A stretch of 64,000 nucleotides of DNA from Eutreptiella sp. 'Long Island Sound 2002' (GCA_964036045.1 OZ038378.1:17670001-17734000); one strand, 5' to 3'; numbered from the stretch's first letter, positions 1-13,499 are shown. Numbers and translations: made by a program. Notes: generated by a model from the sequence alone, not told the origin.

Positions 1-3000
1 GAGGGGGGGGGGGGGGGGGCAATGGGCCGTAATGCCACAATGGGCCGTTTTTTTTAATTCGATTCGATTTTCCTTTTCGAGGAGCAGATCAAGGCTTTTT
101 CTTTTTTGGAGATGGGTTGGTCTCGGGGCCAAGAGAGGCGCCCCCTGTTTTCAAGGCAGTCCGGCCCACATGTTCTTATCCCCCAATCCCCACCCCCTCC
201 TGCTTCCTCCCTCCTTCACCACCAGGACACACGGACGCAGGTGCCAGTCCCGAAGGTGCTATCCGAATGGGCCCACTGCACGACTGCCCCAACAAGCGAC
301 CCCCCCCCCTCCGCACTCCCGCCCCCTCTCACTACATGGCCCACTCGACAGGATGACAAAGAAAACGAAAAGAGTAGAGGCATTGTCTGCCCCGTCTTCG
401 TGCAAACATGTGCGTGTCACAGCACACATAAGGACAATAAACATCCGAGGTGCGCTGCAGAATGGGCTCCCGCGGCAACTTCACACCGCCCCCGCACGTA
501 GAGTGCAATACAGGGCCCCCCAGAGCCACAATGCCGTGGTAGTAGGACTGTCTGATGTTGCTTTGGGGGTGTCCTGAGCCCCCGCTATAACGTCCAGCCC
601 TGAGGCACACGCATGCAACGTCCAACGCGCCACGCCGGTGACATGGACCGAACAACCTGAGCCATCCCTGCAAGGTGGTAGTATGGGTGCTAGGCACAAT
701 GCACGGACGCTCCCCTCCAAGTCCAGCGGCTGTGTAGCAAGCTGCCGCCGGTGCTCTCTTTCCTTTTTGTTCTTGTGGACAGAGCAGTTGCGCACCAGTT
801 GCCACTCAGCGAGTGGGAGTGAGTCCCGAGCACCAGTCAACTGCAATGTGGTTGTCAGCTCCTGCTGCTCTCTTGTGTGTGAGTGTGTGATTCAGCGTTA
901 CATCACCATTGCTCTTTCAGCCTCCTGTTTGTCTAAGCACCAACATTTTTGCTCCTCTGATGTGGATGCTGGAGATTAATACCCACAGTGCCCCCGCTGC
1001 ATTTGAATCCGCATTGGCTATCTGTTGGTTCTTGTTCCCGTCACTAAGTGTGTGTGTGTGTGTGTGCCGGGGGCGGGGGGGGGAGCTGTCACTCGTGGTC
1101 ACTAAGCCAGGACGGCTGCGCTGTTTGCAGGTTCCAAGTCCACCTCAGAGTTGGGCAATTGGGGATTCTTGTGACAAAGGGTGTACTGGGGCTGGACCAG
1201 GCAATCCTCCAACCACCGCACAAGCGTGCATCCTGGTAAGCAGGTGAGTGTTGCACCACAATGATGGGGGGAACCTGTTTAGTGTGTCCTCACTACTACA
1301 TCCCGAGTTTGCCTGTGTCTCTGTACTCTTAGGGCGCGCGGTCCAGCCTGCAGCAATTCATCTCGGATATGTGCGTCCCAAATGCAAAGTGATGTGCTAC
1401 CGCTGCTTGGGATTGTGGATGCCCAACGTGCCTTTGGCAGCGCAGGTCACTGCAAACCAAAGCTGCCGCATTTGGTTGCTTACAAGGGCTTGAGGTCCTC
1501 CGTGCATGTGACTGCAAGCTGCACTTGTGGTGCTCTGCATGGCAAATACCGGTGCAAAAAGAGCTGCGAAGCCCAGTGCGGAGACCAATGTAGCGACTCG
1601 TGTAGACTGTACCTTTTGATCTCAATTTTTGGATCATACTTGGATCATGGCCCATTGGCCCAGAGCAATGGCAGACTAATTCCGGAAGTATCCCAATGAA
1701 AATGTTTTCTGGCATGAAAGTCAATAGCATTGCTGTTGGTTCAGCATTTCAGCATTTTCGGAGGTCTCTTTTCACCATTCCTCATAACTCAACAACATCC
1801 CGCAGATGTTGAATTTCATTTCTAGCTGCAGAACCTGTACACAAATGGCGCGAAATACACTGCTGCATTGGTGTCAGTATCTTCCCCAACCCCATGTTCT
1901 TGTATTTTTGCCTCTGTGTATGGCTACAAAAGTGACGAGCAGGAAATACCTCGAAGTGATTTATGGGCCCTGTCTTTGGCTGTCGGCTTGGGCTGATGGG
2001 GCAAGCCACTTTTGTAGTAATTGGCGGACGGATAGCTGATGACTGAGTATTTGGCCCTTCGACTGCACCTAAATCTCGCAGCGTAATCTGGATCATGATC
2101 TTGGATGTGACGTAGAAGCCATGCCCAATCAAACCAGGCTGGATGGTCTGGCACAAGGACAGATGTCATGGCATTCTTCACAATATCATAGCTCAGGGAC
2201 CCTGACTTTGCATGGTGTGCATGGTGTGCATTGCACTTTGGATGACTTCTCATGAATGAGGGTTGACAGAGCCTCGCATACCTGCTCATCAGTCCCCTGC
2301 TTCAGCCTCTGCTTTTGTAGAATGAGATCATTCCTCTCCGCCGTGACGGTGAACACCAAAGCTTGCAAACAGTCCCTCTCCGCTTCCACAGTGGAAAACT
2401 CCCTTTCATGCTGGAGCTCTTTGTCCTGCAGAGCGAGAGAACAAGGGCACAAGGGATGGAAGAAAGCAAGCACAACTGCAGCACATCCACTGAAGGGCAT
2501 TAGAACATGCAGCAAACTGCTCAAAAGAAGCCAGCATGGGTCCATTTCACTGGGGCATTTTGCCTCACTGCTGTGTTGTGATGCAGTATCCATCCAAGGA
2601 TTTTTGCAAGACATTGCAACCATTAAAGAGCCCTTGGAGGGGATCATCGAGCGTGTTGAACGTATGCTGCTAGGTCCAATCCCCAATGAGCCATATCAGT
2701 TGTACCATATGCACACTATTCATGAGCACTCAGCCTGGCATCAACCAAATATGAACAAAAGTTAAAACAAATTGGGGTGTTTGCTTTTCGGTTCCCAGTG
2801 GTTTTGCTGTTTCAAAGGAGCCTTTTTGGCTGATGCTCTGCCTGCCAGAAGCTCTGGCTAGGCTGAAATGCAAGCAAAAGAGAATGCTAAAAGGGTTGAA
2901 AACCAAACGAGATTCGAACCATGCAAGAAACGGACAACAGACATATGGTGATAGTGATATCCTTTGGTAAAGGACTCCAAGAGCAAATTTGCATTGCACT

Positions 3001-3805
3001 TCACATGCACCATTTCACAAGTCTTGGCATCGTTTGAACAGTAGCAGAAAATCTGCTATCACTGCGAGTGTGAGACCCAAATCCCACCCATAGGGCACCA
3101 AAATGGCCCATATTCCCATATTTATGGAGCAGTAACAAGACCTGGTGGGAGCCAACGAGGTTAGCTGGTGGCGATTGGATGGTGCCAAGAGCTATCCACT
3201 CTGCATGATTGAGTCACAATTTCCTTTTGGGACTACTTTTAGGTGCAAACACCATCTTGATCTCTCTCCAAGCCTTGTGCTGCACCTTTCTCAACCCTGC
3301 CATCTCCCTTCCCTCCATTTGTAATTTGGCCAATTCCTCCACTGTGCCCCTAGATTGTACACAAAAATTTACCCATCTACTTCATTCCACATTGGCACCA
3401 TTAGTACACAATCATCACTGAATCTGCATCTTACCTTTAGTGTCCTCTCCACCTTTTTCTTCTGTGGTTGTCTTTGGTCACCCGATGCTACTACATCGAT
3501 TTGTTGTGCCGTCTTTGTTGCATTGTCCTCTGCAAGGGCGCGACAATATGCATGGTGCAACACCAAAGAAAGATATGAGAAAACCAATTGCAGCATACGC
3601 CATATGTTTTCCTTTGGGGGCGCCTTTAGCGCACTACACGGGGCATCATTGTTGCCCCTAGCGCAGGTTTTGATGCTTCTTCCGCATTGGGGGTATGGCA
3701 TTTTTGGATTTTCACCCACTTTCACCCATTTCCACCCCTTTTCACACTTTTTTGCTCATCTCCACCATGGACTCCCACACTTTGGTGTGGCACCTTGAGT
3801 TGGGG

Positions 3806-4147
3806 TGATGGAGAGAAGAATGGCAGCTGAATGATGAGGAGGTAGCGGCGCTGGACGTGCAGGGTGTTGCTAGCCTTAATGAAGTGGAAGAAACTCTCTG
3901 TGACGCGAACGCCGAAGAAGTGGCTTAGGAAGGCTTCTACCTGGTGAAGTCAGTACTCCGCCATTGCTCCCATTAGGGCCGGCGCTTCGTTACCCTCAAG
4001 GAAGGGTATGGCGTGGATGAGGCCATGTGGGAGTCCTGCTCGGCATTTCTTTTGCCCGATGGGCGTTTGAACTTAGTTGTGGTCGAATATTTGTCCCAGA
4101 ATAGCCTAGGTGAACTGCTAGTTGAGTTGCTTGCAGAGAAAGCCTAA
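3806..4147 (+). pseudogene. Chromodomain-containing relic, probably the 3' end of a chromovirus-type (Ty3/Gypsy) pol
   Basis: Manual translation across two TAG stops: ...EGFYLVKSVLRHCSH*GRRFVTLKEGYGVDEAMWESCSAFLLPDGRLN... This fits the chromodomain pattern Y-x-V-x-x-(I/V)-L-x-H...(W/K)-x-G-Y...E-x-x-W-E. Preceded by an acidic linker; ends TAA 4145-4147. Confidence 0.6.
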
Positions 4148-5650
4148 GGATTGGCGCTATTTGAGAGTCTTGCCCTAGAGACTCACTCCCTTCTCCTTTC
4201 AAGTCTTTGACCTATTGTGGGTGGTGGCAAGCATTGGGCTTTGTGTGTAGGGGTACAACCTAGGCTTTCCACACTTTGCGTGATGTCTTATGTGAAGGGA
4301 AGGTAGCTTGCATTTGTCTTCGGCTGGCCTAGTTTGGGTGTGACCTAAATTTAGGGGCGTTCGGAAGGGGTGTGCTTGGGGGTTTTGCAGGGAGAGCCTA
4401 GTCTAAAAGTAGCGCGCAGTGCGCGTGACGTGCGCGCGCACTGCAAGGACCCCCCATTTGTTTGGCCGTTTTGAACAAGTTTTGGGCCTGTTTTTGGCTC
4501 CAAAGTGCCCAAATTTGAAAGGCCACGTGCCGAGTTGGCGCCCACACCCCCTGCCCTGAGAACGCTTTTCCTACGGCACCTGTGGTGTGCCTGCAACACG
4601 CACTTTGGGAAACTGCCTAATTGTGGAATATTGCAATATTTGCATTGTTGACCAAAAAAAATGAAGCCCGTGTGATTTGTATTGAGGTTGTTGTTGCTTG
4701 TTTTGTTTTTAGTTTAGTGGTGCAAGGGTGGCCTCCCTTTGGCTACAAAACATTCCCTAGTTTTCTCGTAGGGAGATTGATTTCTCCCCACTATGGGGCC
4801 ACCGAGAAGGTAGGAGTTATGTCGCCATCTTGATGATTTCCCACAATGGGGACCCCAAGAAGGCAGGGGTTATGTTGCCACTTCTAATCCCACCCCCCCC
4901 CCCGAGATGGCAGGGGTGATGTAGCCATGTGCGGCACACTCTAGCCCTGCGTGGGAAGGATCACCATCCCACCTGCAACCGGAGGCATGTGTCTTGTTTT
5001 TAAATTTTTTGCTTTTTTTTTTAAGGATCCGTAGTGCAAGGGGTGGCTCCTCTTGGTTTCAAAATATAATATTGTCAACATGATGTCCAAACCTAAACCC
5101 GTGTGTGCCCAAACCTAAACCTCACGGAAAGCAATCGCCGCAAAGCGACGGTAGTAGGATCATCCCCTTCCCTAAACCAAAGAAGAAGGATCTCGCTCCA
5201 TGGTGCACCAAGTATAATGATGGACACTCCCTTGTTCGTGGGCGCGGGGAGCATTCTTTCTACTAGCTACTCTTGGGTAGTACATCGTGAGGTGCCGAAT
5301 AAGTTTGGGGTGAATGTGGAAGAGCGCATCCAACGTCTCTAGTGGGTGGTGCATGCCGTGGTGCACATTCAACAAGTCATCAACAAGCGGAAATTGCGGC
5401 ACCAACCCTTCGGACCTTGGAGACATTTCCCGATGAGGATTTTCCGTACCAAGGTATGCACCTTGGACACTGATTATTTTTCGTCTTCGGACTCCGATGC
5501 TGACACCAACTCCAACACAGACTCCGGGTCTTCTCTCACATCATGCTCCGCCGACTAATTTGTCCTCGCAAGTCAACTACTAGCCGGACGACAACATCGT
5601 GAGTGATTAATTTCGCACAATTGCCGTCTAATCAAACCACAAATGAATCA

Positions 5651-5740
5651 AACTGCAAAACGAAGCGAAACGCAAAACGAACTGAACCGCGAAACGAAGC
5701 GAAACGCGAAACGAACTGAACCGCGAAACGAAGCGAAACG
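5651..5740. repeat. Short tandem repeat of GAAAC-rich units (about 34 bp, 2.5 copies)
   Basis: gaactgaaccgcgaaacgaagcgaaacg repeated directly. Confidence 0.8.
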
Positions 5741-8252
5741 ACTATGTCACAGAATTGGGCATTTTGTGATGTAGTGGGTCAGACAACACGCACCATGTTG
5801 AGTTACAAGGTTGTGCTATGGTGGGGGGGGGGGGGTGCACAAACCGATTTGCGATGTGGTGTGTCTGATGCGCATGTGCTTCACCTTGCTTGTCCGTTTT
5901 TTTTTTTTGCAATATGCCTTGCAACCATGGTACGACCAAGTATTTAGCAATGGTGTAACATGTTTTCGCCCAATCCAAGGGGTATGGGTGAAGAAGTAGT
6001 ATTGGGGCTTTGCTATTTCTATTCGGGGTGGAACCATAGTAGAAGGTTGGGATTCCCTACCACGCTCTGCACATTAAGCCGGGGCCGTAGTCTTCACATT
6101 GATGGAGCAATGGTGTCAAAGGATCAACGTGCACTGTTTCTAAGTTATCTGGTTTGTTTCCCGATAGTTTGCAGTAAAGTAGGTTTCCCTAACCCTGCGG
6201 TGTGCACCAAGCGTTCTCCGTGCCGCCATGTGAGTTGGGGGCTCAAACTCTGCATTGGTAAGCCCATGTGTCAATGCAGTTGGGACAGAGATAGTGGCAA
6301 AATGGATTGTTGTTGTTGTTGTTGTTATTGTTGTTAGCTAGAATTAAGGGGGGGAGTGGTGTGGTAATATATATTTTCATTTGCCAGAATATGTATACCA
6401 TACTTGCATTGCTAACAATCATTTCGGAGTCTGCCATCATGGGCATCTAGGAGAGTAAAGTGGAGAGTAAAGTAGGATAAAGGGGAAATATTTGAAAGGA
6501 TTCAAGCGATGATGCCGCATTCCTACCTCCCCGAGATAGCTCCAATGAATCAGTGCCAAGATGAAACAATGCCAATCAGGTTCACACCACTGTTGTTTGG
6601 TGCATCATTCACTTTCACCCCGAATAATCTTCAAAGAAGAAGAAATGGTAGGTGTGCTTTTGGAGATCCCCACCAACGGTGCACAGTCCACAGTATTGAT
6701 TTGGCCGTAGCAGAGGTAAAGAAGTCTCATTGCTCCAAAAAAGCTTTTTTTTTGCCGCATCTTGAAAGAGAGTAACTATCTAAAAAGAATCAGGACTTTG
6801 TTGGCCAAGGGTTTCCTACTTTTTGAGTAAGTGGTACAAATTGCAGACTTCAATTTGTTTGATAACACGTTGTTTGAAGGGATCTTGAGTTGTGGATTGC
6901 AAGACAGTCCCAACCCAGGCGGGGTCAATTTGGCATAGAGGGAGGGGGAGAGGTGCCTTTACTGGGGGCGGGGGTTGGGATGGGATGGGATGGCCTACCT
7001 CACCGTGGTGTATTTGATTTTGGGTAGGTTTGGTCAAGGATAGATTCCAAGGTCATGGCACCATGTGTCATTGCAGGTACCATTTTGGGCAACATTGGCA
7101 CCATTTTTGCCATTCCAATCTTTCTGCAGCCACATGACCCCATGTCCGATGTTGCCACAATATTCTTCGGAGTGCCCCTACCATGTTAGTGTTTCTAGTT
7201 GCTGATTCGCGTACACATTGTTGAGACCCGTTTGCATTTATACCGTCACCCTTCACACAAGTGGCACTCAGCCACGCTGTGTTGGGATGCATCCACTGCG
7301 AAGGCTCCAACTCACAGTCCATTGTGGTGTGTTTCAGTCCTATCCACACTTCCACTGGTTGATTTGCAAAACTGTTGACACCAAAAGGGCAATTTCGAGT
7401 TCGTTGAAGACATATATGTGTGTGCTTACTACATGGCAACGGTGCGTAGCTTTCAATTGCTGGTCATTTGTGAGTGCACTGTGCATACATATGGGCAAAA
7501 TGGGCAGAATGGACGGTTGAAATTTTCTCGTTTGACACATCCCAGCCCACCCTGTTACAGGGGGGGGGGGCTGCTTTTTGGGGTGGAATGGGTGGGGTGC
7601 CCTCTACCCCACCCCAAGTGAAATTAGAGCTGGCCCCAAATGTCCTCCAAGGACGGCTATGTGGTGTGCCTGTAATACGGGTCACCGCTTTGCCAAGAAC
7701 TATTTTCCAACCAACCACGCCTGTGTGTTCAGCTTTTGGAGCAACATAGTGGAGTAGGCAACAAGTGCCGACTTCATGTCAATCTTGAAACACCGCCATT
7801 CAGTTTGGGCTGGACATACCGACGCGCCTCGAGAATCTTTCTTGAAGGAACTGCTCTCTGGGGGTGTAGATGTGTCTCAATCGAAGTCACTCCCGGGTGA
7901 TGCACATGGGTATGATACAATGGCGATCCTAGAAAGCGCACGCTATGCGACTCACCCCCTGAGTGTTTCACTGGGTTTCTCTTCGTCGTATCATTCCCCT
8001 CCTCGTCCACTCCTCTGCACCACAGCATTCCTGGCCCGATTATCGTGGATGCCACATGCCAACGGGGCGTCTAAAAGGAGCAGCACGCTTTGGGAGTACG
8101 CGGGACATCGATGACATTTTGAGTGTGATATCTGGGATTGCCAATGGGGCATTCCGTGTCTGCCGCTCTTCCACTCACAGCGATCAGGCGACCCTTTCTT
8201 GTTATGGCCTGCACTATGTAATCCTGGTCCCCCGTTGTGTGCGAGCCCGAAG

Positions 8253-11200
8253 ATGCACCGCTGTCCCCCTTCCTCTCCCGTGCGCTCCCTGGCGTCGCGT
8301 GCGCGGGTCCACAGCAGCACAAGCACCAACAGTACCTCATTGGGCCCGTACCTGCAAGGCCTTGGCCCCCTTGACCGCCTACGGGCCCTGCAAGCGGACC
8401 CAAGCGTCCCTGCGCTTTGGCAGGCACACGTCCGTGGCCACACAGAGACCCTGCGAGCGGGCGCCGCCGCCCTCGGGCCCGCCTACGCGCACGTGGTGCC
8501 CTTTCTGGACTGGTGCGCTCGCAGTCGCGTGCTCGTGTCGCCGTTCGTGGACATTCGTACGGCGGGGGACGCGGGGCTGGGGCTGTTCGCACGTGTGGAC
8601 GTCCCCCGCAACACGATCTTGGCCTCAGTCCCTTTGGCGGCCGCCCTCGCGATCCCCCAGGCCCCCGAGCCTCAGGACAACTTCTGTGGAGCGTTCTGGC
8701 GGAATCAGGACGTGGCGGCGCTGGTGTTGCTGCACGCGGCAGGGGCGGCGCAGCACCCCGGCCACGGGTATGTGCAGTTCTTGGCCAAGCACCCGCTGCC
8801 CGCGAACGCCCCGTTTCTGTCGGATGCGGACTTTGGCGCGGAGTCTCCGGAAAAGGCCATGAAGATGTACCTGAGTCAGTTGCTGGCGGTCTGCCCTGTG
8901 CTTGCCCCTGCCCTGGCGGTGGTGCTTGTGCTGTGCCTGGCACGTGAGTGTGCTGCCTGCGCTGCTTGTGCCTGATCCTGCACTTTTGCGGCTTGTGCTT
9001 GTGCCTGTGCCTGTGCTTGTTCTTGCGCTTTCCCCTGCCTTTGTGTACACGCTTGCGCCTGTGCTGTGCTTGCGCTGAAGTTTGTGCGTCCGTCTGCGCT
9101 TTTGCTTGTGCTTGTCCTCATGGTCATGTGCTTGTGCTTGTGCTTGTGCTTGTGCTTCTGGTGTTGCTTGCGCTTGTGCTGGTGCTCTTGAAGCAGCGCC
9201 TTTGCTTGTGCGCGTGTGTGTGTGCTCGTTTGTGTTTGTACTGGTGCTTTTGCCTGCGTGTGCATGTCTCTTGTGAATATGCTTGCGCTTGCACTTGCGC
9301 TGCGCTTGTGCACGCGTGCATTCTTGTGCTTATGCTCTTGCCTGCCCTTGTGCTGGTGCTTCTGGTTGCTTGCGCTTGTGTTTATGCTTGTACCTGCGCT
9401 TGTGCTTGTGCTGGTGCCTTCTGTTTTACTTGTGCTTGAACCTGTGATGTGCTTGCGCTTTTGCCTGTGTCTGCATCGTGCGTGTGCTCCTGCTTGCGCA
9501 AGTGCTTGTGCTTGTGCTGCTGCTTGTGCTTGCTTGTGCTGGTTCTTGTTGTTGCACAAGCACAAGCACAAGCACAAGCACAAGCACAAGCACAAGCACA
9601 AGCACAAGCACAAACAAAAGTACAGGCACAGGCACTGGCACGATGACAAGCACAATCACAGTCAACAGCACGAGCACAAGCACGAGGAGAAGCACAAGCG
9701 CAGGCATTCGCACAAGCACAAGCACGGGCACAGGCACAAGCGCAACACGAGGGCGAGCAAACACGCGAGCGGAGTGTGCGAGCAGAAGCGCACGGGCAGG
9801 CAGAAGCAGAAGCAGAACTGCAGTCAAAAGCACGACCACAAGCACGAGGAGACGCACACGCTCAGGCAGAAGCACACGCGCGAGCACAGCCACAAGTGCC
9901 AGCGCAAGCGCGACAAGAAACACAGGCACAAACGCAACAAAAGGATGAGCTTAGGGCGAGTACTAAGGGCAGAGGGTCAAGGTCTTATGACACACAAGCA
10001 CAAGCACGAGGGCGAGCACAAGCGCAAGCAAACGCACAAGCGTGCGTGTACGTGCGCTTGTCCTTGTGCTCATGCTTGTGCTGTGCCTATGCTTGTATTT
10101 TTGTTTGCGCTTGCCGCTTGTGCCTGCCCTCGTGCCAGTGCTTGTGCTTGTACTCAGGTCTGCGCGTGGCCCTTTTTTTTTTACTTGTGCCGGTGCTGGT
10201 GGTCGCGTGAGAAAATGCTCAAGAGGGAGCGTCAGTTTTGGTTGGGGAGCAAGAAGAGTGCTGCAAGTCGCACCTGGTGGGCTAGGGGCAGGGCCAGTCA
10301 AGGAAATCACGAGCCTGCAACGCACATGCGCATCAGTACGAGACGATGGGCGATAATGTGTCCTTTCGAGGCTTCCAAATGCAACTGTTGGTATATGCCG
10401 TTGAATACGATGGTTCTGCTGGTCATCCAGTCCCTCGTCCTCAGGGTCCTCAGGGCGGGACGAATAAGAACAACAGTAGTTCCCGCAAGAGGCGGCATGA
10501 TCTCCCGCAGTGGGTGCAGACGGGAGTGCGTGTGCGCATAGTGCGCGTGTTGGTGTTAGTGCAGGTGGGGGCCTGTGTTGGTGCAGCTGGTGGTGACGGG
10601 GTGGTGGATTTCCCGCAGCTGAAACGAGGCAGCAACAGCACAAGTCAACGGATTTCCTGCTGAATTTCACGAATGCCATCCGCAGCCGCACGTGTGGGCC
10701 TGTGCATCCGATGCTTTTGAAGTGTCTTGTGCAGTCCCCTGGCCCGGCACGGCCCTGCTCTCCCCCGCCCCTACACCCCCACAGGCCCAGCCCCACGCCG
10801 TTGTCCCACACCATTTCTAGGCATACGCCGACCGACATCCGGTGGTGTCCCGCTTTGGCATCGAGCAGTATCACTGGGCCATCGGCACGTTTCTGAGCCG
10901 TGCCACTGGCAGCTCCGACGAGACCAATCTGTTGGTGCCCGTATTCGACCTCGTGAACCACGACGGACCTCGGGCCAACAGCGTCCCGGTCCGGCCCATG
11001 TCCACCCTCGCCGACGCCAATTTGTTGGCGGGTGTGGCCCCCGCAGGAGCCGGGCAATCGCAGGGCAAAGAGGGCCCGGAGGCAGGGGACGCTGCTGCTC
11101 CGGTGGAGCACATCCACCTCATCGCCTGCAAAGACATCGGTTGTGGGCAGGAGATTACGGGTCTGTACAGCGATCGCGGCAGTTTGGCGGCGGCGGAGCA

Positions 11201-11303
11201 GGACTTCTGGCGCTTCCGGTGGGGTTTTGTGCCGCCCGCCTCAGGCATCAACCCCAGCCGTGCCGACCTGTTGGGGATGTTGGGATATGGAGAGGAGGTC
11301 TAG
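8253..11303 (+). CDS. SET-domain protein lysine methyltransferase, Rubisco-LSMT/SETD-like; 3 exons (8253-8874, 10619-about 10701, 10821-11303)
   Basis: Exon 1: FLDWC...AGLGLFARVDVPRNTILASVP...GYVQFLAKHPLP. Exon 3: YHWAIGTFLSRA...LLVPVFDLVNHD...IACKDIGCGQEITGLYS...RWGFVP (SET motifs GxGLFA, WAxxxxxSR, LxPxxDxxNH, GxEIxxxY, GFV). Intron 1 A|GTCAGT (8875) to TTCCCGCAG| (10618) joins in phase 1; exon 3 follows TTCTAG (10820) in frame. The exon-2 donor and the start codon (ATG 8253) are uncertain. Confidence 0.85.
8890..10150. repeat. Degenerate (TTGTGC)n/(GCACAA)n hexamer repeat in inverted arrangement inside SET intron 1
   Basis: TTGTGC-type units 8890-9552, then complementary GCACAA-type units 9553-about 10045, then TTGTGC again to about 10150. 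Confidence 0.85.
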
Positions 11304-13499
11304 TGGGGCGTGGGGTGTGGAGCCTTGCCGTGCACGGCACAATGGCCGCCGACAACTGCACCGAGACAAATGCAGGTTGGGTTCGGCTCCGACAACATTG
11401 AGTGGGCGGATTTGTGCTGCGTTGCACATCCGATGTGGACGTGTGCTGCTGAGCGACCAGAATGGGGGATGGTTGAGGACTGGGGGCTGTCCTTTGCACC
11501 CACGTCGCCGCACCGGCCGGCAGTTCTTCAGATCGACTGAAGAGTGGACAGTTCAGTCGTGGCAGTCCACTATTGAGTCGAGCTGTGGCCGCGTTCAGCA
11601 TCGTCGGCCGGCGTTGACTGGCGGCCCTGATCTACTGTCCGCGTCCTGTGGTGTGGCACGGCCGATGAAGTGCACATTGTCCGCATGGTCTTGAGGACAG
11701 GCTTCTTTGCCAAAAGGTGTCGGTGATGACATTTTTGGTGCCTACAAGACCCTTTCCCAAGCCTCCTGCCCCTGTTTCAAGGCAGGCCCCAAAGGAGAGC
11801 ATGCGCATGTCTTCAGTGTGCGATGCAATGGGAAGGGGCTTCAAATCCACAGCTCCTCATGCGTTGCGCGAGGGAGAGTGGGGGGCTTTCTGGGTGTCTA
11901 CTTCGGGTCGTGATAGGCGCCTGCGACATGTCATTGATGACCCACCGCTTTCTTTAATTTGTGCGTTGTGCTCTCCCTCCGTGCCATAGTGCCACCCGGG
12001 ACTGTCACAAGCATCTGCTTCCCACAGCAGGCGGCGAAGAGGCCAAGTCGAGGCAAGCAGGCCCCTCTCCACTTGGTTTTCGAAAGGTAGTGCCCCAAGT
12101 GTTTAATACCACCTTTTGTTTACAAGTTCAGGCCAGTATTTGCAGCTGTTGTCCGTTTTGCAGTTTGTCTGTGGTTGTATTGGGTTGCCTGCTTCATGCT
12201 TCTGTGTCCACACGTTTGGACTGCCTGACCAGGGCTTTTTGACATATGAATGATTACAAATGTGCCAGGGCTTGCCTGCAAGAGCATGTTCACTATGTTC
12301 AAATAAATACTACTATGTTGCATGTCTGCAATGTTTCGTCACATATTTTTCACATTGTAAGAATGACATACCGAAGCAGTAGGCGTCGCCACCCCCCTTC
12401 CCCCACCCATCCACTCACGGCGCCTGCGCTCCATGGATACCCCTTCGCTGGTTTTTTTTTCATTCCCTGCTGCAGTAGGTTGCGTGTAGAGATGTCTCCC
12501 CTCCTCCCGGGTTGTACCACAGCCCTGATTGGGGAGTGCTGGTCCCCAGGCAGGCCAACCACCAACACAATCTTGCCAAAGGGTTCCTTCTTGCTCCACT
12601 TTCACCAAGCAACCAAAGTAGTATGGGAACATTATGGCTGTTACTGGTATATTGCACCCTCCACCTGTCCCACACCCTCTTTTTCCACGCTCAGGGCCAA
12701 GAGGAAGGGGTTGAGGCAAAAATGGTGGCATTAATCTATTGTATCTATGTGTCATATAAAAAGTTATACAGGTGATTTAGATGCAAAGAGACATATGCGG
12801 GTGCAAAATTTCTGTTTTTGTCAACCCACTTGAAAGGGTGACGTATCAATTTCGAAACATCCTTCCAAAGGTCAATTATGAACAAACAAATTAATAGAAA
12901 AAGAAACAATTCGAAATTGATGTTGGCAATTGTTATCACCATTTGTATGAGAACCGGAGAGTTTGCCCCAGCTGGTGAAATTCGTACAACTTGCGAAAAC
13001 GCTGCCTGGTCATAGGTGGCGGGCCCCACGGATTGCTGGTCTACCCTTAATTGTGGTTTTGGAGGATTGGAGGATTTTGTAAGTCGATGTTTGAGCAATG
13101 TTTGGCTTGCTGTCATACGTGTCTTGAGGATGTCTATCATATCTGTGCATGCTAAGGGCTGTTCCAAAAGCTGTGCATGAGGTGTCAGCAGTCGCGGGAA
13201 GGGGGGCCCGGGGGGGGAGGGGGCATGGGACAGTATAATGGAAAATGAGGCAGACCCGCACAATCCAATAAGGGGTAGTGAAGCATAGGTGGTAGAACAC
13301 AAGGTATCCATCTCCAGTCCTGCTACAGTGATGCCGCCCCCAGGGTACAAATTGTGGGCAGAAGAGTACAGAATTCAGCGCCAGATGTGAAAAGGTCATT
13401 TATTCAATGATCCTTACAGTAACAAACAAATGCCTCCGGTACGCGGACAAAGACACCACAGCTTGACAAATCTAGTAGCCCTGGTCAGGGGCTGTGGAT

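Noticed and set aside
1130-3760. Gag/pol-like remnants on the minus strand (coiled-coil ORF 2186-2686; AWREIKMVFAP near 3270)
   Set aside because: Coding-like but no diagnostic motif could be pinned down.
4417-4446. 10-bp GC hairpin as a Helitron 3' end
   Set aside because: Not followed by CTRR.
5172-5426. His-rich ORF resembling an integrase zinc finger or transposase fragment
   Set aside because: No CxxC partner or DDE residues visible.
7774-8055. Divergent minus-strand gene upstream of the SET gene (G|GTGAGT donor present)
   Set aside because: Only a GTG start, no recognisable domain, and no downstream exon identified.
8876-10541. HKHK/LCLC/AQAQ-rich ORFs
   Set aside because: Artefacts of the intronic hexamer repeat.
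9963-11117. 384-aa minus-strand ORF
   Set aside because: Antisense shadow of GC-rich SET exons; no motifs.
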